From Trypanosoma brucei (lineage: Eukaryota), in NCBI GenBank assembly GCA_000002445.1, contig CP000067.1, positions 704,001-768,000 on the forward strand: a DNA stretch of 64,000 nucleotides, written 5' to 3'. Positions within the stretch are counted from its first letter, which is position 1. The number at the start of each line of letters is the position of its first letter. A model generated the notes under the pieces. The model was not told the DNA's origin. It saw only the letters and a program-made list of their open reading frames with translations, and made no database searches. The translations under genes and the position numbers were made by a program. Of the stretch, positions 1 to 11,142 are shown piece after piece.

Positions 1-1
1 T

Positions 2-262
2 TGCTCGTCAATTCCATCACTGGATGTCAGTGATTTGGATAAACCGGAGGTGTTGCCAAAACCCGTGTCGTCAACAGTGTCGGTTGTCTCTGAAGAAGTT
101 CCGGATACGCCGCAGTTGCCTTCACCATTGCTTCCGGAGGATGGCGTGGAGAACCTTCCGGAACCTTCCGTAAACCACCATCCTTCGAAACGAAGGGAAA
201 GAAAAGAGATAAAGGAAGAAAGGGAGAAGCAAAGCTGTGGAAAGTGTTGTGTGGTGTTATAG
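2..262 (+). CDS. 3' end of a gene that starts upstream of the window; the C-terminus is polybasic and ends in a CaaX box (…KRRERKEIKEEREKQSCGKCCVVL*)
   Basis: The frame is open from base 2 to the stop at 260-262. The C-terminal CVVL fits C-aliphatic-aliphatic-L (a geranylgeranylation-type CaaX) and is preceded by a Lys/Arg-rich stretch and extra Cys residues. Confidence 0.45.
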   Translation, partial: CSSIPSLDVSDLDKPEVLPKPVSSTVSVVSEEVPDTPQLPSPLLPEDGVENLPEPSVNHHPSKRRERKEIKEEREKQSCGKCCVVL

Positions 263-1470
263 ACATATTTCCCCTCTGTGTCCTCTCAATTCTTCCCATA
301 CGCACACGTGTATTACTTCCCTACACATTTTGACGTACGATATCCCTTTAATTATAATTTCCCCCTCCCCTTCCGCTTCGTCCTCATTCTTCCATTCCAT
401 TAGGTACATGCAAAGGGATTCCTTTTTTGTTTGTTTGTTTTTGCGTTTGTGTGTCTTTGAATTTGTTTGATTTGTTACTGTTGCTGTTAGTAGTGATTAT
501 GGGTGGTGGCCAAAACACGTTTGCTGTTATTGAGAGTGGCTATGGTTGTTTTGTTTTGTTTTCACTTCCTTTTTCATTCAGTATTTTAGACGCCTATGCA
601 AGACTTTCTTTTCCCATTTTTTTTCTCCTTAATTTTTCCCGTTTTCGCTTTCCTCATGCAGAGTTCCTCTGCATTGTGACGATGTTTGTTTCCACACAGA
701 GACACACATAAACAGACACGTGAGAAAAATTAAAAAGGAATATATATATATATATATATTCCTGTCCTTTTGATACCTTTCTATTTTCTTTTGTTTCGTT
801 TGCATTTCCTTTCGGATTGCCTGAAAGCTCAGTTGTTTTTCAACATGAACCCCTTCATTGTTTCTGTCGTCGCTTGTTTCCTCCTTCCCACACCCATTTT
901 CCTCCACTTCCTCATCAAAATTGAGCTTTTTAGAAAATAAATATATTTATTTTTATATGTATAATTAATAAATGCAAGAGTTTAGGCACTTAACTTTATG
1001 TATTTTTTTTCAATTTTTTTATTTTTGGAAAAAAAATATCATGTTTCACCTTGACATGTGTTTTATTATCGAATAATAAGTGTTAAATTTTTAACAAGAG
1101 TGCAGGATGCGATGGCGGTTTGTTATTTTCTTCCTTTCAGCAAAAAAAAAAGTCTACCGCCCACGATGGTATCGTCCGAAATTTTTTTTCTTTTCCTTCC
1201 TCTCTTTTTTTACCTCCACAAAAGTGGTGAGTGTTTTAATAAGATAACACGAAAAAAAAAGGGGGGGCGGAAAGTTAACGGAGGCAATTAAAAGGAAGAT
1301 GATTTTTTTTTTTTAAAGAGAAAAGAAAAATGTTTTGAAACAAAATAGAGAGGCGAATGGAGGGAAGGGAAAAGGAATAGTCGCGACACAAATTAAAGGT
1401 GAGAGAAAGAAAAATTTCAGGTATACAGAGAGTTACGCCTATACTTATATATTTATATAAATGTATGTAT

Positions 1471-1474
1471 ATAT

Positions 1475-1524
<50 letters not shown>

Positions 1525-1545
1525 ATGTGTGTGTATGTGTGTGTT
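1471..1545. repeat. compound microsatellite (TA)n followed by (TG)n
   Basis: About 22 TA dinucleotides run into a gtgtgtgtatgtgtgtgt tract. Confidence 0.9.
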
Positions 1546-2294
1546 GTTTGATGTTGTACAGTTGCGCAGACTAAATTGGTGGGAATAGTTACGATGATGA
1601 TGATGATGAAGATAGTAATAATAAATGATGATCATTGACGCAGTGACCGCCGCTTGCCTTTTCAAGGCTCCCATTTCAGTTTTTTTGTCACGTTTGTTTG
1701 TTTTTTTTTTTCATTGTTCATTCAGTGGTTGGTGTTTTCTTTTTATTATTTTCCTTAGTGGTGGTGCTGTGCGGGCCGTTGTGTCACTTTCATGTGAGCA
1801 CGCCAAGTCGGCAACGTTGCGCGACCTTCAATTATAACCCGAAGGAATGGATTGAAATGAAACGAAATGAAGCAAATAAATAATTCAGTACATGAGTAAG
1901 TGAATGACTGGAAAAGCAAAGAGGTATTAACGTCAACGCCAACAAGAAAAAAAATGAAGAAATCAAACAATCGAAAAAGGAAAAAAAAGGGAAAAAAAGA
2001 GGAAAGGCAGTGTTTATTGCTGGGAAATGAAATATAAGGAGGTGATAGGGGGGGGGAATCACGTTTAAAATAAAAATAACATCTGTAGGAGTTTTATTTG
2101 CATGTATTTGTATAGGGAAGCAAAAAAGGAGGGGAAAAGGGAAGAAAGCCGTGTGGTGACGCGATTACCACATTGTGTCCAGGTAGAGTGCACATTACAT
2201 AAACAAACGTTTAAAAAAAACAGGGAGAGGAAGCGAAAACAAACGGAACAAGCAAAAAAAAGAGAATGCGAATAGTAACAATTCAAACGCAGGG

Positions 2295-2326
<32 letters not shown>

Positions 2327-3148
2327 GCTTATGCTTATGAAGTGAGGCGGTGCCAAACGCTGCTGCATATGCATATCTTACATTATTTCCATTTTTTCCC
2401 CCTTCTTCTTCCTTTCTCCGTTTTGCTGTTGTTGTTGCCATCGTCGCTTCTCCCTTACTTTTTTTTCTTTTTTTCTCTTTTCCCTTCTGCAGATCCAACC
2501 ACTTATTTGTAGTGACATACGGTAATCATAATAATAGCCAGTAAGTTGCAGCAACAAATCCGTGCCAACCCGCAATTTCCCGTGTTGTCATACTTATGTT
2601 TATTGCCCGAACCCTTCCAGTCTTGCGGCAGGCGATGCCGCGCCAACGATCTTTTCTTTCATCCGTATTGAAGGGACGTCGCAATACACCAACATATTAC
2701 AGTGGCCGCGGTGATATGGCGGGGAATCCCGATATTTTAGCGGAGGCGGCGTGCTGCGGCCGGCCTGATGCGGAATGGGCGTGGCTGAGGCTTTTGTGTT
2801 TTGTGTGTGTTTCCTCCACTGTTGGGGTGTGGCTTTGGCAAGTGTACTTTTATAAACAGGCAATGTTCTTCAAAGATGAGCCCTGGTCACCCTTTAAGAA
2901 TTAAGGCAAAGAAGGTCAAAGAATTTCCGGTGGGAAGTACTGTTAAATGCATTTGACTGCGGTTCACAGACACACAAACACATCTCTTCCACCTCTTCCG
3001 ATTCCTCCGTTTCCAACACAAAAACCGGCACGCCTTCATTAGTTTGCAGTGGCGCGTCGGTATGGTTGCTCGTGTATTGTGCGACTGTCCTTAAGTTATC
3101 GTGTTATTGGTTTCCTTTCGGCCCATGCAACGCATGCATGCATACATG

Positions 3149-3150
<2 letters not shown>

Positions 3151-3181
<31 letters not shown>
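3151..3181. repeat. (TA)n microsatellite
   Basis: Read directly as a (TA)n run. Similar runs occur at about 2297-2326, 19543-19570, 20878-20903, 22316-22346, 26271-26292, 39972-40007 and 41298-41320. Confidence 0.9.
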
Positions 3182-3184
<3 letters not shown>

Positions 3185-3465
3185 CTTCCTTTTCTTTATT
3201 TTTTTTTCTATAAAAGCACACAATACGTAATAAAATTTTGATCTTTCTGAATGCTGTTCTTTGGCGTGAGCATTGATTCCCTCAACAACCATTAACACTA
3301 CTTTCTTTCCCCTGGTCGGACCACGCAGTTGGCAAACACCCACCAGCATAAAGGAAATTTGAAAAGAAGAACGGAAAACTACGAAGAAAAAACTTAAGGT
3401 ACGTGCGAAATAGGAAGCACACTGACATTGCTCGTGCTTCCGGGGTTACAGCGGTGCAGGTGGAA

Positions 3466-4134
3466 ATGAAGCCTACAAAACCACTACTTTACATAACGGG
3501 ATACGGACCCTTCTTGGAAGTAACGGAGAACCCCAGCGCCACCATTGCGCAAAGTGTAGCGGAACAGGTGAGACAAAGTGGCGAAGCGGATGTCCATCAT
3601 GAAACACTAGACGTGAACTTAGAGGCCGTTTCCAAATATTTCAACCGCCTCAATGAATCCGTCACCGCTCATCTGGAAGCCACACATCCCGAGAATCGAG
3701 TACTTCTCGTCAACGTGGGCCTTCACAGTCGCGAAAAGGAAAAGGTACTGCGGCTGGAAGTGCGCGCCTTCAATGAACTGGAGGGAAACCCCATCGATGA
3801 TGAGCTTCCCTTGAGTACATGCAAAGACAGTGCTTTCGTGAAGGGATGCAAGCTCGAAACAACAACAGCCCTCATAGAGGAACTCAATGCGATTGAGAGA
3901 AATGGTAGCGATCATCACGAAAAGCCTCGTTGGATTATTTCTTACGACGCGGGGCGATATTACTGCAACTATGCACTGTACAGAGGCGTGAAGATGCAGG
4001 AAGCTCTAAACAGCCGCGTGTTTGCCGTGTTTTTGCACATTGTAGCATCCACTGTCGTGTGCATGGAAGAGCAGGTTGCGCAGGTCCGCATGCTTGTGTC
4101 GCACCTCTTGAAACACATGGAAGCAGTTGAATGA
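3466..4134 (+). CDS. PGP: pyroglutamyl-peptidase I (peptidase C15 family)
   Basis: The N-terminus MKPTKPLLYITGYGPF…NPS matches the conserved PGP-I start (…v.vTGFgPF…NpS). A downstream …SYDAGRYYCNYALY… segment carries the Cys nucleophile. The ORF-track start at 3403 is trimmed to the in-frame ATG at 3466. Confidence 0.8.
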   Translation: MKPTKPLLYITGYGPFLEVTENPSATIAQSVAEQVRQSGEADVHHETLDVNLEAVSKYFNRLNESVTAHLEATHPENRVLLVNVGLHSREKEKVLRLEVRAFNELEGNPIDDELPLSTCKDSAFVKGCKLETTTALIEELNAIERNGSDHHEKPRWIISYDAGRYYCNYALYRGVKMQEALNSRVFAVFLHIVASTVVCMEEQVAQVRMLVSHLLKHMEAVE

Positions 4135-4581
4135 CTTCATTTACAAGCTATTCTTTTGGGCGTACCGTTTGATAGTTTGTTTATTCTGCTGGTTTTGTTG
4201 GTTGGGTTTACCTTTGATGGCTCATTATTACTGGGGTTTCTGTTGATGCCGCAAGCGGGGCTACCTATCACAGTGGTGTCGCTGTTGAAAGGGCGCTTAA
4301 CGAAAGTGCAGAATAGCCAGACACATACATACATATATATACGTACGCTTATTTATTGGTAGTATACGTCTCTGTGTGTATCTGCGTGTGTTTTGCAAAA
4401 AGCTCTGAGTTCCACAGACGGTTTACCTCAAAGAGGAGGTGTTTCCCCCACTTTTCCACTTGCATCCTCGATTTTATTTTATTTTTTTTCTTGCATACGT
4501 GAGATTGAGGGTCCACCCTCATGAATGCCTAGTGTCTTCTCCATATCAGAGAGTCCTCCAAACCACACGCGTTAATTTTAT

Positions 4582-4668
4582 GAAAATTTCCTCTTCCTCT
4601 ACCACACATTCCCCTCCCCTCCTTCTCTTCTTTTGTTGCTGTTGTTGTTATTTTTACTTTTCCCCCTC
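4582..4668 (+). promoter_or_regulatory. polypyrimidine tract immediately upstream of a start codon (candidate trans-splicing / upstream polyadenylation signal)
   Basis: A long C/T-rich run (ctcttcctctaccacacattcccctcccctccttctcttcttttgttgctgttgttgttatttttacttttccccctctt) is followed directly by the ATG. Confidence 0.6.
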
Positions 4669-4670
4669 TT

Positions 4671-6923
4671 ATGAGCGAAGAAGTAGATTGGTTGGGAAAC
4701 GGGGGATTCTTTTCTTCCACCGTAATAGAAGTGGCCGTAATCAGACACCATAATATCGGGAAGAAAAAGGAGGAGGTCATCACCTCCATGCAACCACCTT
4801 CACCAACTGTATCCTTCATTGAATATGTCCTTTTGGCACTTGAGCTTCCACCAAACATGTTTGTCTCCAAACTGGCCGCGTGCTGCACGATGCTTTTCCT
4901 AACGCGCTCAGACCCAAAGCTCCTACGGGAGTTGTGTAGAAAGTGGGTAATACGATTCAAAAAAGATCGGCACCTGATTATTTCCCGGATTCGGGAAAGC
5001 ACAAGGAGTGCTAATTGCTCTGATATGTACTCGAGAGCATCCATGGATAGTGTTGTCGAGAATCTTCCGGGCTCAGATGAGTGTGACCCACAGAACTGTA
5101 TGGAACATTTTCTTCACCTGATCAACACGTTTGTGCCGGAGTATTTTTCTTGGAATTGGCACCACACAGAGTTGATGATTCAAACCAATAGAAAGTCGGA
5201 GGACTTTGTACGCGAAAGGCTGCTTCCACTCTGTAGGAATAGCAGCGAGGATGCTGATGGATTGGATGACGAGGATAAGGACAAGGACGAAGCTCTGGCG
5301 TCCTTTTTTCTTAGTAAACGGCCTGCGGATACTCGGGGCTTTAACAAATGCGAAGAAGCATGGACAAACGGCCTCGAAAACCCTGAGCGGCCCCCTCTTG
5401 AAAGGTATGCATCGCGCATTCGTTTCGCAACATTCAGCAACCTCCGCAACTGTTTCCGCCAGTCACCACATGGCGTGGTGCTCATATTTCACGCTAACTA
5501 TTCTTCAAAGAGTTGCGAGACGCTGAGGACCTTTGAGGAAATTCTCATGAAACAGATGCTGAACCCTCAACCACAGGTGTGTGTTGTTCACATTGTTGCA
5601 GAGCCTGAACTCGCGCGCTTATATCAAATAAATTGGTTCCCAACGATCATCTATGTGCCACCGCTATCCCAACCGAAGAGCGGCCCATTGCTGGAAGTTG
5701 TAGAGTCTAACACCAATGGTAATGGTTGTTCATTCAACCAAGTGCGCACGAGTAACGGTACGCCTACCATTCGGGGCACTGGGGGTGAAGCCGATGATGT
5801 ATCATGCGACGCATTGCCACCAGTGCGTCTGGTGTCATCGGATGCGGAGGAGTCAAGCGATGATTCCCCCTGTGCAGCAAGTCCATTGCAAGAAGAGGAA
5901 ATATCACCCTCTGTTAAACATAAGAAGCACCGTGTGTATCCGCCAGAAGGTGACTTATCGGCTCCGTCGCTTGCAAAGTGGATAAATAGCAGAGGTTCCG
6001 TAGCACAGCTGATGCCTGCGGATAATCGTGCGGTTTCACGCATTAATCAGCTCCCTGAAAGGAAGGGATTTCCGAATGGTTTGAAGCATTCGTCGTCGAG
6101 GGACTCTCTGCAGACGTTGAGTTCCTCTGCGGAGGCGGCGGATTCTCATGAAACCAGCGCAAAGGCACCGGTGTTCATTTTTCTGGGAGGAGGTGTGGCT
6201 GCAGGGAAAAGCACTGTAGTGTCTGTGCTTTCTGGTAGTTTATGGTGGGAGGAGCACAAGGCAAATAGCGTCATCATTAGTGCTGATAACTACAAGAGCC
6301 AGAGTTACCTGGTATCGAATGACATGGAGAAGCAGCACGAGTATAGCACACGTTTGGCAGAGGAACTCATGGTGAGAGCAGTGAATGGGAGGCGCAGCAT
6401 TGTGTTTGATAGTACAATGATGTGGAAACCGTTTGTTCAGCAGGTGATTGATATGGTGCGCAATTCCCATCGTGTGCTGTACGAACAGGGACCGGGCTAT
6501 CGGGATGGTGGAAAAGTGGAAGAATACTTTAGGACGGTGGGACCACGGTCAGAGTCTCACCTTCCACCATATGTAATTCGACTCTTAGCAATAACGGTTG
6601 AGCCTGAAGTTGCGGTACGCCGCGGAATCCTTCGCAACTTCTCAACAGGACGAAGCGTGCCTATCAAAACTCAACTTCGCTCCTTCCGCCTATTTGCAGA
6701 GAACTTTGTGGAATATGTTTCCCTAGTAGATGAAGCTACGTTGTACAACAACAATGTGATTGTTGACCTCGAGAAGGGCGAACTTCCGCCGGTGGTAGCG
6801 GAAAAGCGGGAGGGGAAACTGGTGGTAGTTGATCACGACGCCTATGCACTTTTCTTAGGACAACGGGGGTTAAATGAAAATGCTGGGAATGCACTTGAGC
6901 TCTACAACCCCAAGCAATCCTAA
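4671..6923 (+). CDS. multidomain protein with an N-terminal thioredoxin-like fold (degenerate active site) and a C-terminal zeta-toxin/AAA_33-like P-loop kinase domain
   Basis: The ATG at 4671 directly follows a roughly 90-nt polypyrimidine tract. A thioredoxin-like pattern reads VVLIFHANYSSKSCETL…VCVVHIVAEPELARLYQINWFPTIIYV, with a single Cys in place of CxxC. Walker A (FIFLGGGVAAGKSTVV) is followed by VIISADNYK, as in the zeta-toxin/UNAG-kinase family. Confidence 0.65.
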   Translation: MSEEVDWLGNGGFFSSTVIEVAVIRHHNIGKKKEEVITSMQPPSPTVSFIEYVLLALELPPNMFVSKLAACCTMLFLTRSDPKLLRELCRKWVIRFKKDRHLIISRIRESTRSANCSDMYSRASMDSVVENLPGSDECDPQNCMEHFLHLINTFVPEYFSWNWHHTELMIQTNRKSEDFVRERLLPLCRNSSEDADGLDDEDKDKDEALASFFLSKRPADTRGFNKCEEAWTNGLENPERPPLERYASRIRFATFSNLRNCFRQSPHGVVLIFHANYSSKSCETLRTFEEILMKQMLNPQPQVCVVHIVAEPELARLYQINWFPTIIYVPPLSQPKSGPLLEVVESNTNGNGCSFNQVRTSNGTPTIRGTGGEADDVSCDALPPVRLVSSDAEESSDDSPCAASPLQEEEISPSVKHKKHRVYPPEGDLSAPSLAKWINSRGSVAQLMPADNRAVSRINQLPERKGFPNGLKHSSSRDSLQTLSSSAEAADSHETSAKAPVFIFLGGGVAAGKSTVVSVLSGSLWWEEHKANSVIISADNYKSQSYLVSNDMEKQHEYSTRLAEELMVRAVNGRRSIVFDSTMMWKPFVQQVIDMVRNSHRVLYEQGPGYRDGGKVEEYFRTVGPRSESHLPPYVIRLLAITVEPEVAVRRGILRNFSTGRSVPIKTQLRSFRLFAENFVEYVSLVDEATLYNNNVIVDLEKGELPPVVAEKREGKLVVVDHDAYALFLGQRGLNENAGNALELYNPKQS

Positions 6924-7192
6924 CACGGGAGCAGCGAGGGGTCGGGCGCGTTATGACCATTTGTTAATGTGCGCTTTCGGGTCGATAAAATATATGGATG
7001 GACGTAGGATATTGTTGTTGTTGTTATTGTTATTTCGTTTTTGTTTTATCATTTACACGTTTGGATGCCGTCGTTGCGGTTCGTATTAGTAGTGACATTT
7101 GTGCTGCTGTATTTGGTGGTGGGCTGGCGGTAGGGGAATCTGCATTGAGAAGGCTTTAATTAGTACTGTGTTCGTCATTTTTCCTGTTATTA

Positions 7193-7240
7193 TTATTATC
7201 ATTATTATCATTATTATTATTATTACTATTATTGTATGTA
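7193..7240. repeat. (ATT/ATC)n trinucleotide microsatellite
   Basis: The sequence reads attattatcattattatcattattattattactattatt. Confidence 0.85.
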
Positions 7241-8838
7241 TCTTATGTGTGCGTGCCTTCATATGTCCGTTTACAAATACTTAAAAAAAATCAGAGGGAA
7301 GTGGGAAGTGGTCCAAACAGGTTCAACTAATAAGTGATGGCGGAGGAGAGTGTTTGAACAGAGAAGGGATAACATAGCAACCGTTCTAGCTCATATAACA
7401 TCGGTGTTGATTTCTTTTCGGTGTGCGTGTGTGCGTGTTTTGTTTTGTTTGTTTGTTTGTTCTCTTTTCAATTAAAACGGTAATCCCACAGTAATATCTT
7501 GCATGTACATATACACGTGTAAATGTGGGTTTTTTTTTGTCCCTCCCCCTCCCCTACCTTGGCCCTTGCTTCCCCAACCGCCAGCCTCTGGTACAGAAAA
7601 TATGAGAACATTAAGGTGAAGGAAAAGGGTAGGCAGGGTTGTTACCGTTTAAAGAGGAAAAAAAAACTAGAAGAGATAGGGATAGGGATATTACTGTCCG
7701 TCACTTTTCTTTTCATTCTTTCTTGGTCTTATCATTTTCTGTTCCTTCATTTCTTTTCTCTCTCCTTCATTTCTTTTTTCTTTTTTTTTTTATTTTTATT
7801 TTAACTTTATCTTTCCTCTCACTAATGGTGGTGAAATGGAGGAAAGCGGGAGAAGCGGTTGGTTTCGTCGTTGGGGTTTCTTTTCCCGCTCAACAACCGA
7901 GTAAAAGTTACATTCATGCACGCGCAGGCGTGGAGCTTTTGGCGCCGCTTCCTTCTCTTCCTTTTTTTTCTTTGTTTGTGTGTTGTTGGTGTCGTTGTTG
8001 TTGTAGTTGTGTTCTATAATTATTCGTGCAAAGTGCTCCCATTAATATCTGGACTTTATGTTATCCCCTTTTTTTTTCTTTTTTTGCCCTCCCCTCACCT
8101 CCCTTTGCTCTCTTCTCTTCCACGCCTTTTCTTTCATACACATATGCACTCTTTTGTGTTTCCCCTTTTTTTTTTCATTTTATTTAAAGAAAGAAATAAA
8201 AAGAATCTTTTTCAAACCCGTTTGAACCATTTCTCATTTGGTGTAGGGCTGAAGTCAAGGCCTGCTGAACGCATTAGTTTGCTCGGGGAATTGTTGTGCT
8301 GCATTTCCACCACTCTCTTCCCTTCTCTGAATAGTACCTTCCCTACTATCATATTAATTTATATTTATTTATATTTACATATAAATAAATCTGTTGTTGT
8401 TGCCATTTGTGGGGGTGTTTTTTTTCCCCCCCCCCCCTCCCCTCCTTCTTTCCTTTTAAAGTTGTTGTACACATTCATCTTTTCTTTTTCTTTTTTGTGC
8501 GTAGGAAATAAAATTTTAACAAACAAACTTGCTCATACACTTACGTTGCCTCCACAAACACACACACACACACTTACATCCAACACCGCAGCAGTGTGTT
8601 GCTGCTCTTGGACAGTGGAACCCATTGAAAGGCAAACTAAACGAGTAACTAAAAAGGGCATTCGTACGTGTCAAAAAAAAAACAGTGGAGGAAAGATAAA
8701 AAGTAAAGTGGACAAAGCGGGCGATTAGTGCAATCATTGTTGTTTGTTTGTTTGTTTTTTTTTCTTTTTTGCCCCTTAATAAGGCAAAGAGACGCAACAA
8801 CATTTTTTTTTAAAAACGGTATCACTTGTATTAGAGAT

Positions 8839-10134
8839 ATGTTTCGAACGTTACCCTTGAGGTCAAGTATTCGCATGGTGGAGTGCCCGCGCGATGCGAT
8901 GCAGGGCTTACCACATTTTATCCCAACAGAACAAAAGATACGGTACCTTAAAGCTCTCCTGAAGTGTGGCTTTTATGCTCTTGATTGTGGTTCTTTTGTG
9001 TCACCGCGAGCAGTTCCTCAAATGCGTGATAGTACCGAAGTTATCGCTAACTGTTGGAAAACTATGCAAGAGGAAAAGGCAGCGCCTAAGTTGTCTGTTG
9101 TTGTTGCATCACTCGCTGGGTTTAAGCAGGCATTGGAAACTCCGGGAGTGAGTGTCATTGGGTATCCGATTGGTTGCTGCGAGCGGTTTCAGCAACGTAA
9201 TGCGAAAAAGAGCATTGCAATGTCCCTTGATGAAATTAGAAACATAAAGGAGGCCACAGATGCTTTCAATGCGCAACGAAGCTCAAACCCCGTGGCTCCC
9301 AATGAAGACGTCAATGGGAGGGAGCTTCTCATTTACATTTCTATGGCATTTGGTAATCCGTATGGCGAGTCGCACAGTATTGATTTAGTGGAAAAATTGG
9401 TAGGAGAACTTGTCGCATCGGGGGCGCGTGACATTAGTCTTGCTGACACCACTGGAGTAGCGCAACCGCCCCTCATATTTGACACCTTCACTCAATTACG
9501 GAAGAAATTCCCTGATGTAACATTTGCTGGACATTTTCACAGTAATGCGGTGGAGGCGAGAGGGAAAATTGTTGCAGCGTTGGATGCCGGTTGCACGATG
9601 ATCGACAGCGCGCTGTGTGGTATGGGCGGTTGCCCATTCGCTAAAGATGACGGTCTTGTGGGAAATGTTGCGACGGAGGTGGTGGTGAAGGCGCTTGAGG
9701 AGCGTGGCGTCCTCCCCGCTGCTCTCAATAAGGAGCAACTAAAGAAATGCGTCCTCATCAAACAGGAGATTTTTGGTGTGAGCGTGAGAGACATGTTGAT
9801 TTCACAAACACTGCACGATGAGAAGCGGTTTGCGACGTTATGCCAGGAGCACTTTAAGTTGTATGATGTTAACGACGATGGTACTTTGGATTATGAAGGA
9901 TTTAGAGATAGTATGATTCATGTCTTTGCTGAATTGGGTGCACCACAGCCATCAGAGGAGAAAATACGCAGCAGTTTCGCGAAGGTTGATATCCAAAATC
10001 TTGGGTTTATTACAATTGACGCGTACACGATGGGTGCAAGGCGCTTACTCGTCAAGAGATTGGCTTCCAACACCAACACAACAACTAAGAATGAAGAAAG
10101 GGGGGAAGGTGTCGTTGAAGCATCTTCCTGCTGA
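8839..10134 (+). CDS. HMG-CoA lyase family protein (HMGL-like TIM barrel) with a roughly 150-aa C-terminal extension containing two EF-hand-like loops
   Basis: PRDAMQGLP…DCGSFVSPRAVPQMRDSTEV and …HFHSNAVEARG…ALCGMGGCPFA match the HMGCL signature blocks (PRDGLQ, SFVSPKWVPQM, HFHDT…GLGGCPYA). The C-terminal loops are DVNDDGTLDYEGF and KVDIQNLGFITIDAY. The ORF-track start at 8728 (a hydrophobic, poly-F stretch) is trimmed to MFRTLPL at 8839. Confidence 0.85.
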   Translation: MFRTLPLRSSIRMVECPRDAMQGLPHFIPTEQKIRYLKALLKCGFYALDCGSFVSPRAVPQMRDSTEVIANCWKTMQEEKAAPKLSVVVASLAGFKQALETPGVSVIGYPIGCCERFQQRNAKKSIAMSLDEIRNIKEATDAFNAQRSSNPVAPNEDVNGRELLIYISMAFGNPYGESHSIDLVEKLVGELVASGARDISLADTTGVAQPPLIFDTFTQLRKKFPDVTFAGHFHSNAVEARGKIVAALDAGCTMIDSALCGMGGCPFAKDDGLVGNVATEVVVKALEERGVLPAALNKEQLKKCVLIKQEIFGVSVRDMLISQTLHDEKRFATLCQEHFKLYDVNDDGTLDYEGFRDSMIHVFAELGAPQPSEEKIRSSFAKVDIQNLGFITIDAYTMGARRLLVKRLASNTNTTTKNEERGEGVVEASSC

Positions 10135-11142
10135 GCATTCTAAAGGTTTGGTTTTTTTTTTCTTTTTATTATTTGTTGTTGTTGCTATTGTTTGGTTTTT
10201 CTTTCCCCCCCCCCCCCCTCCTCCCTCTTCAAACTCGTGATTGGGACTTTAGGAGGGACCAGGGGAAGGGAGACGAGTACCGTAATCATGGCTGGTTAAT
10301 GGCACCTCTATCATCCAGTCTGTGTTTCCCAAATTCACAAATCAAAACCACAGAACCGAAATTATGGGATAACAAAATGAAGAACTTAAGACAATGATGT
10401 GATGCAGGATAAAAAGAGGAACGGGGCATGAATGCACACAAACAGAAACCCGTACACACGATGTATGCAATATGTACTGTTTGTAGCAGAAAGAAAAAGA
10501 GGGAGGGAGGGAGTGAGTGAGAAAGAGGAAAGGAAGCTGATGGCGCTTCTCCCGGTTCCCTTTTACTCTGTCTTGTATCTCACACTTGATTTCTGTGACC
10601 TAACTTTTATCTGCTTCATACTTTTTTTTTTCATTCACTGTCTTCGGTTGGCTCGTTTGTATCCCTCTTTTTCTCTTTCCATTTGTTTCCATTCCTTCTG
10701 TCATGTCCTTCACTCCTTTTCCACTCATACGCACGGTCCATCTGCATGCTCATGTGTGTAATATACCGTGTCTCTTTGGAAAGTTCAGTAGTGAAATGTG
10801 TTTGATGCAGTTCAAAATGCGCATATCTCTAAAGATCACTTTTTGTTGTTGTTTTTGTTGTCGTTGTACCAATATTTGCAGCATTTATGTACTTGACATT
10901 TGCGTCTACTACCTGTTGGTTCTTTGTTCTCTTTACGCTACTTTCAATTTTCCCCCTTTTTTGTTATTATCTCCTTTAGTGCATAAATACACGAAGAGGA
11001 AGTGAGGCGGGGCTCATTCCCATTTGGCTCGCATCAGTGGAGACAACTTGTGGTGTTGCTAACGGAACCGTAAGCATTTAGCACCGGAGTTGTTTTGTTT
11101 TGTTTTGTTTCCCCCTACACACACACACACACACACACACAG

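Noticed and set aside
1585-1640. TGATGA (C-box-like) runs at 1585-1640 and again at 23590-23625, suggesting C/D snoRNAs
   Set aside because: The motif arises from (GAT)n trinucleotide repeats. No paired D box (CUGA) or terminal stem was found.
4671-6923. Bacterial-type toxin-antitoxin, CRISPR or defence-island organisation around the zeta-toxin-like domain
   Set aside because: The context is entirely eukaryotic (trans-splicing signals, kinesin, ESCRT). The zeta-like domain is fused inside a 750-aa protein with no adjacent antitoxin-like small ORF. No direct-repeat/spacer arrays occur anywhere in the window.
7859-8728. 289-aa + strand ORF in the spacer upstream of the HMGL-like gene
   Set aside because: It is a translation of poly-T/poly-C/microsatellite DNA (poly-F/L/V/P), with no complex segment. 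It is most likely a non-coding PPT region.
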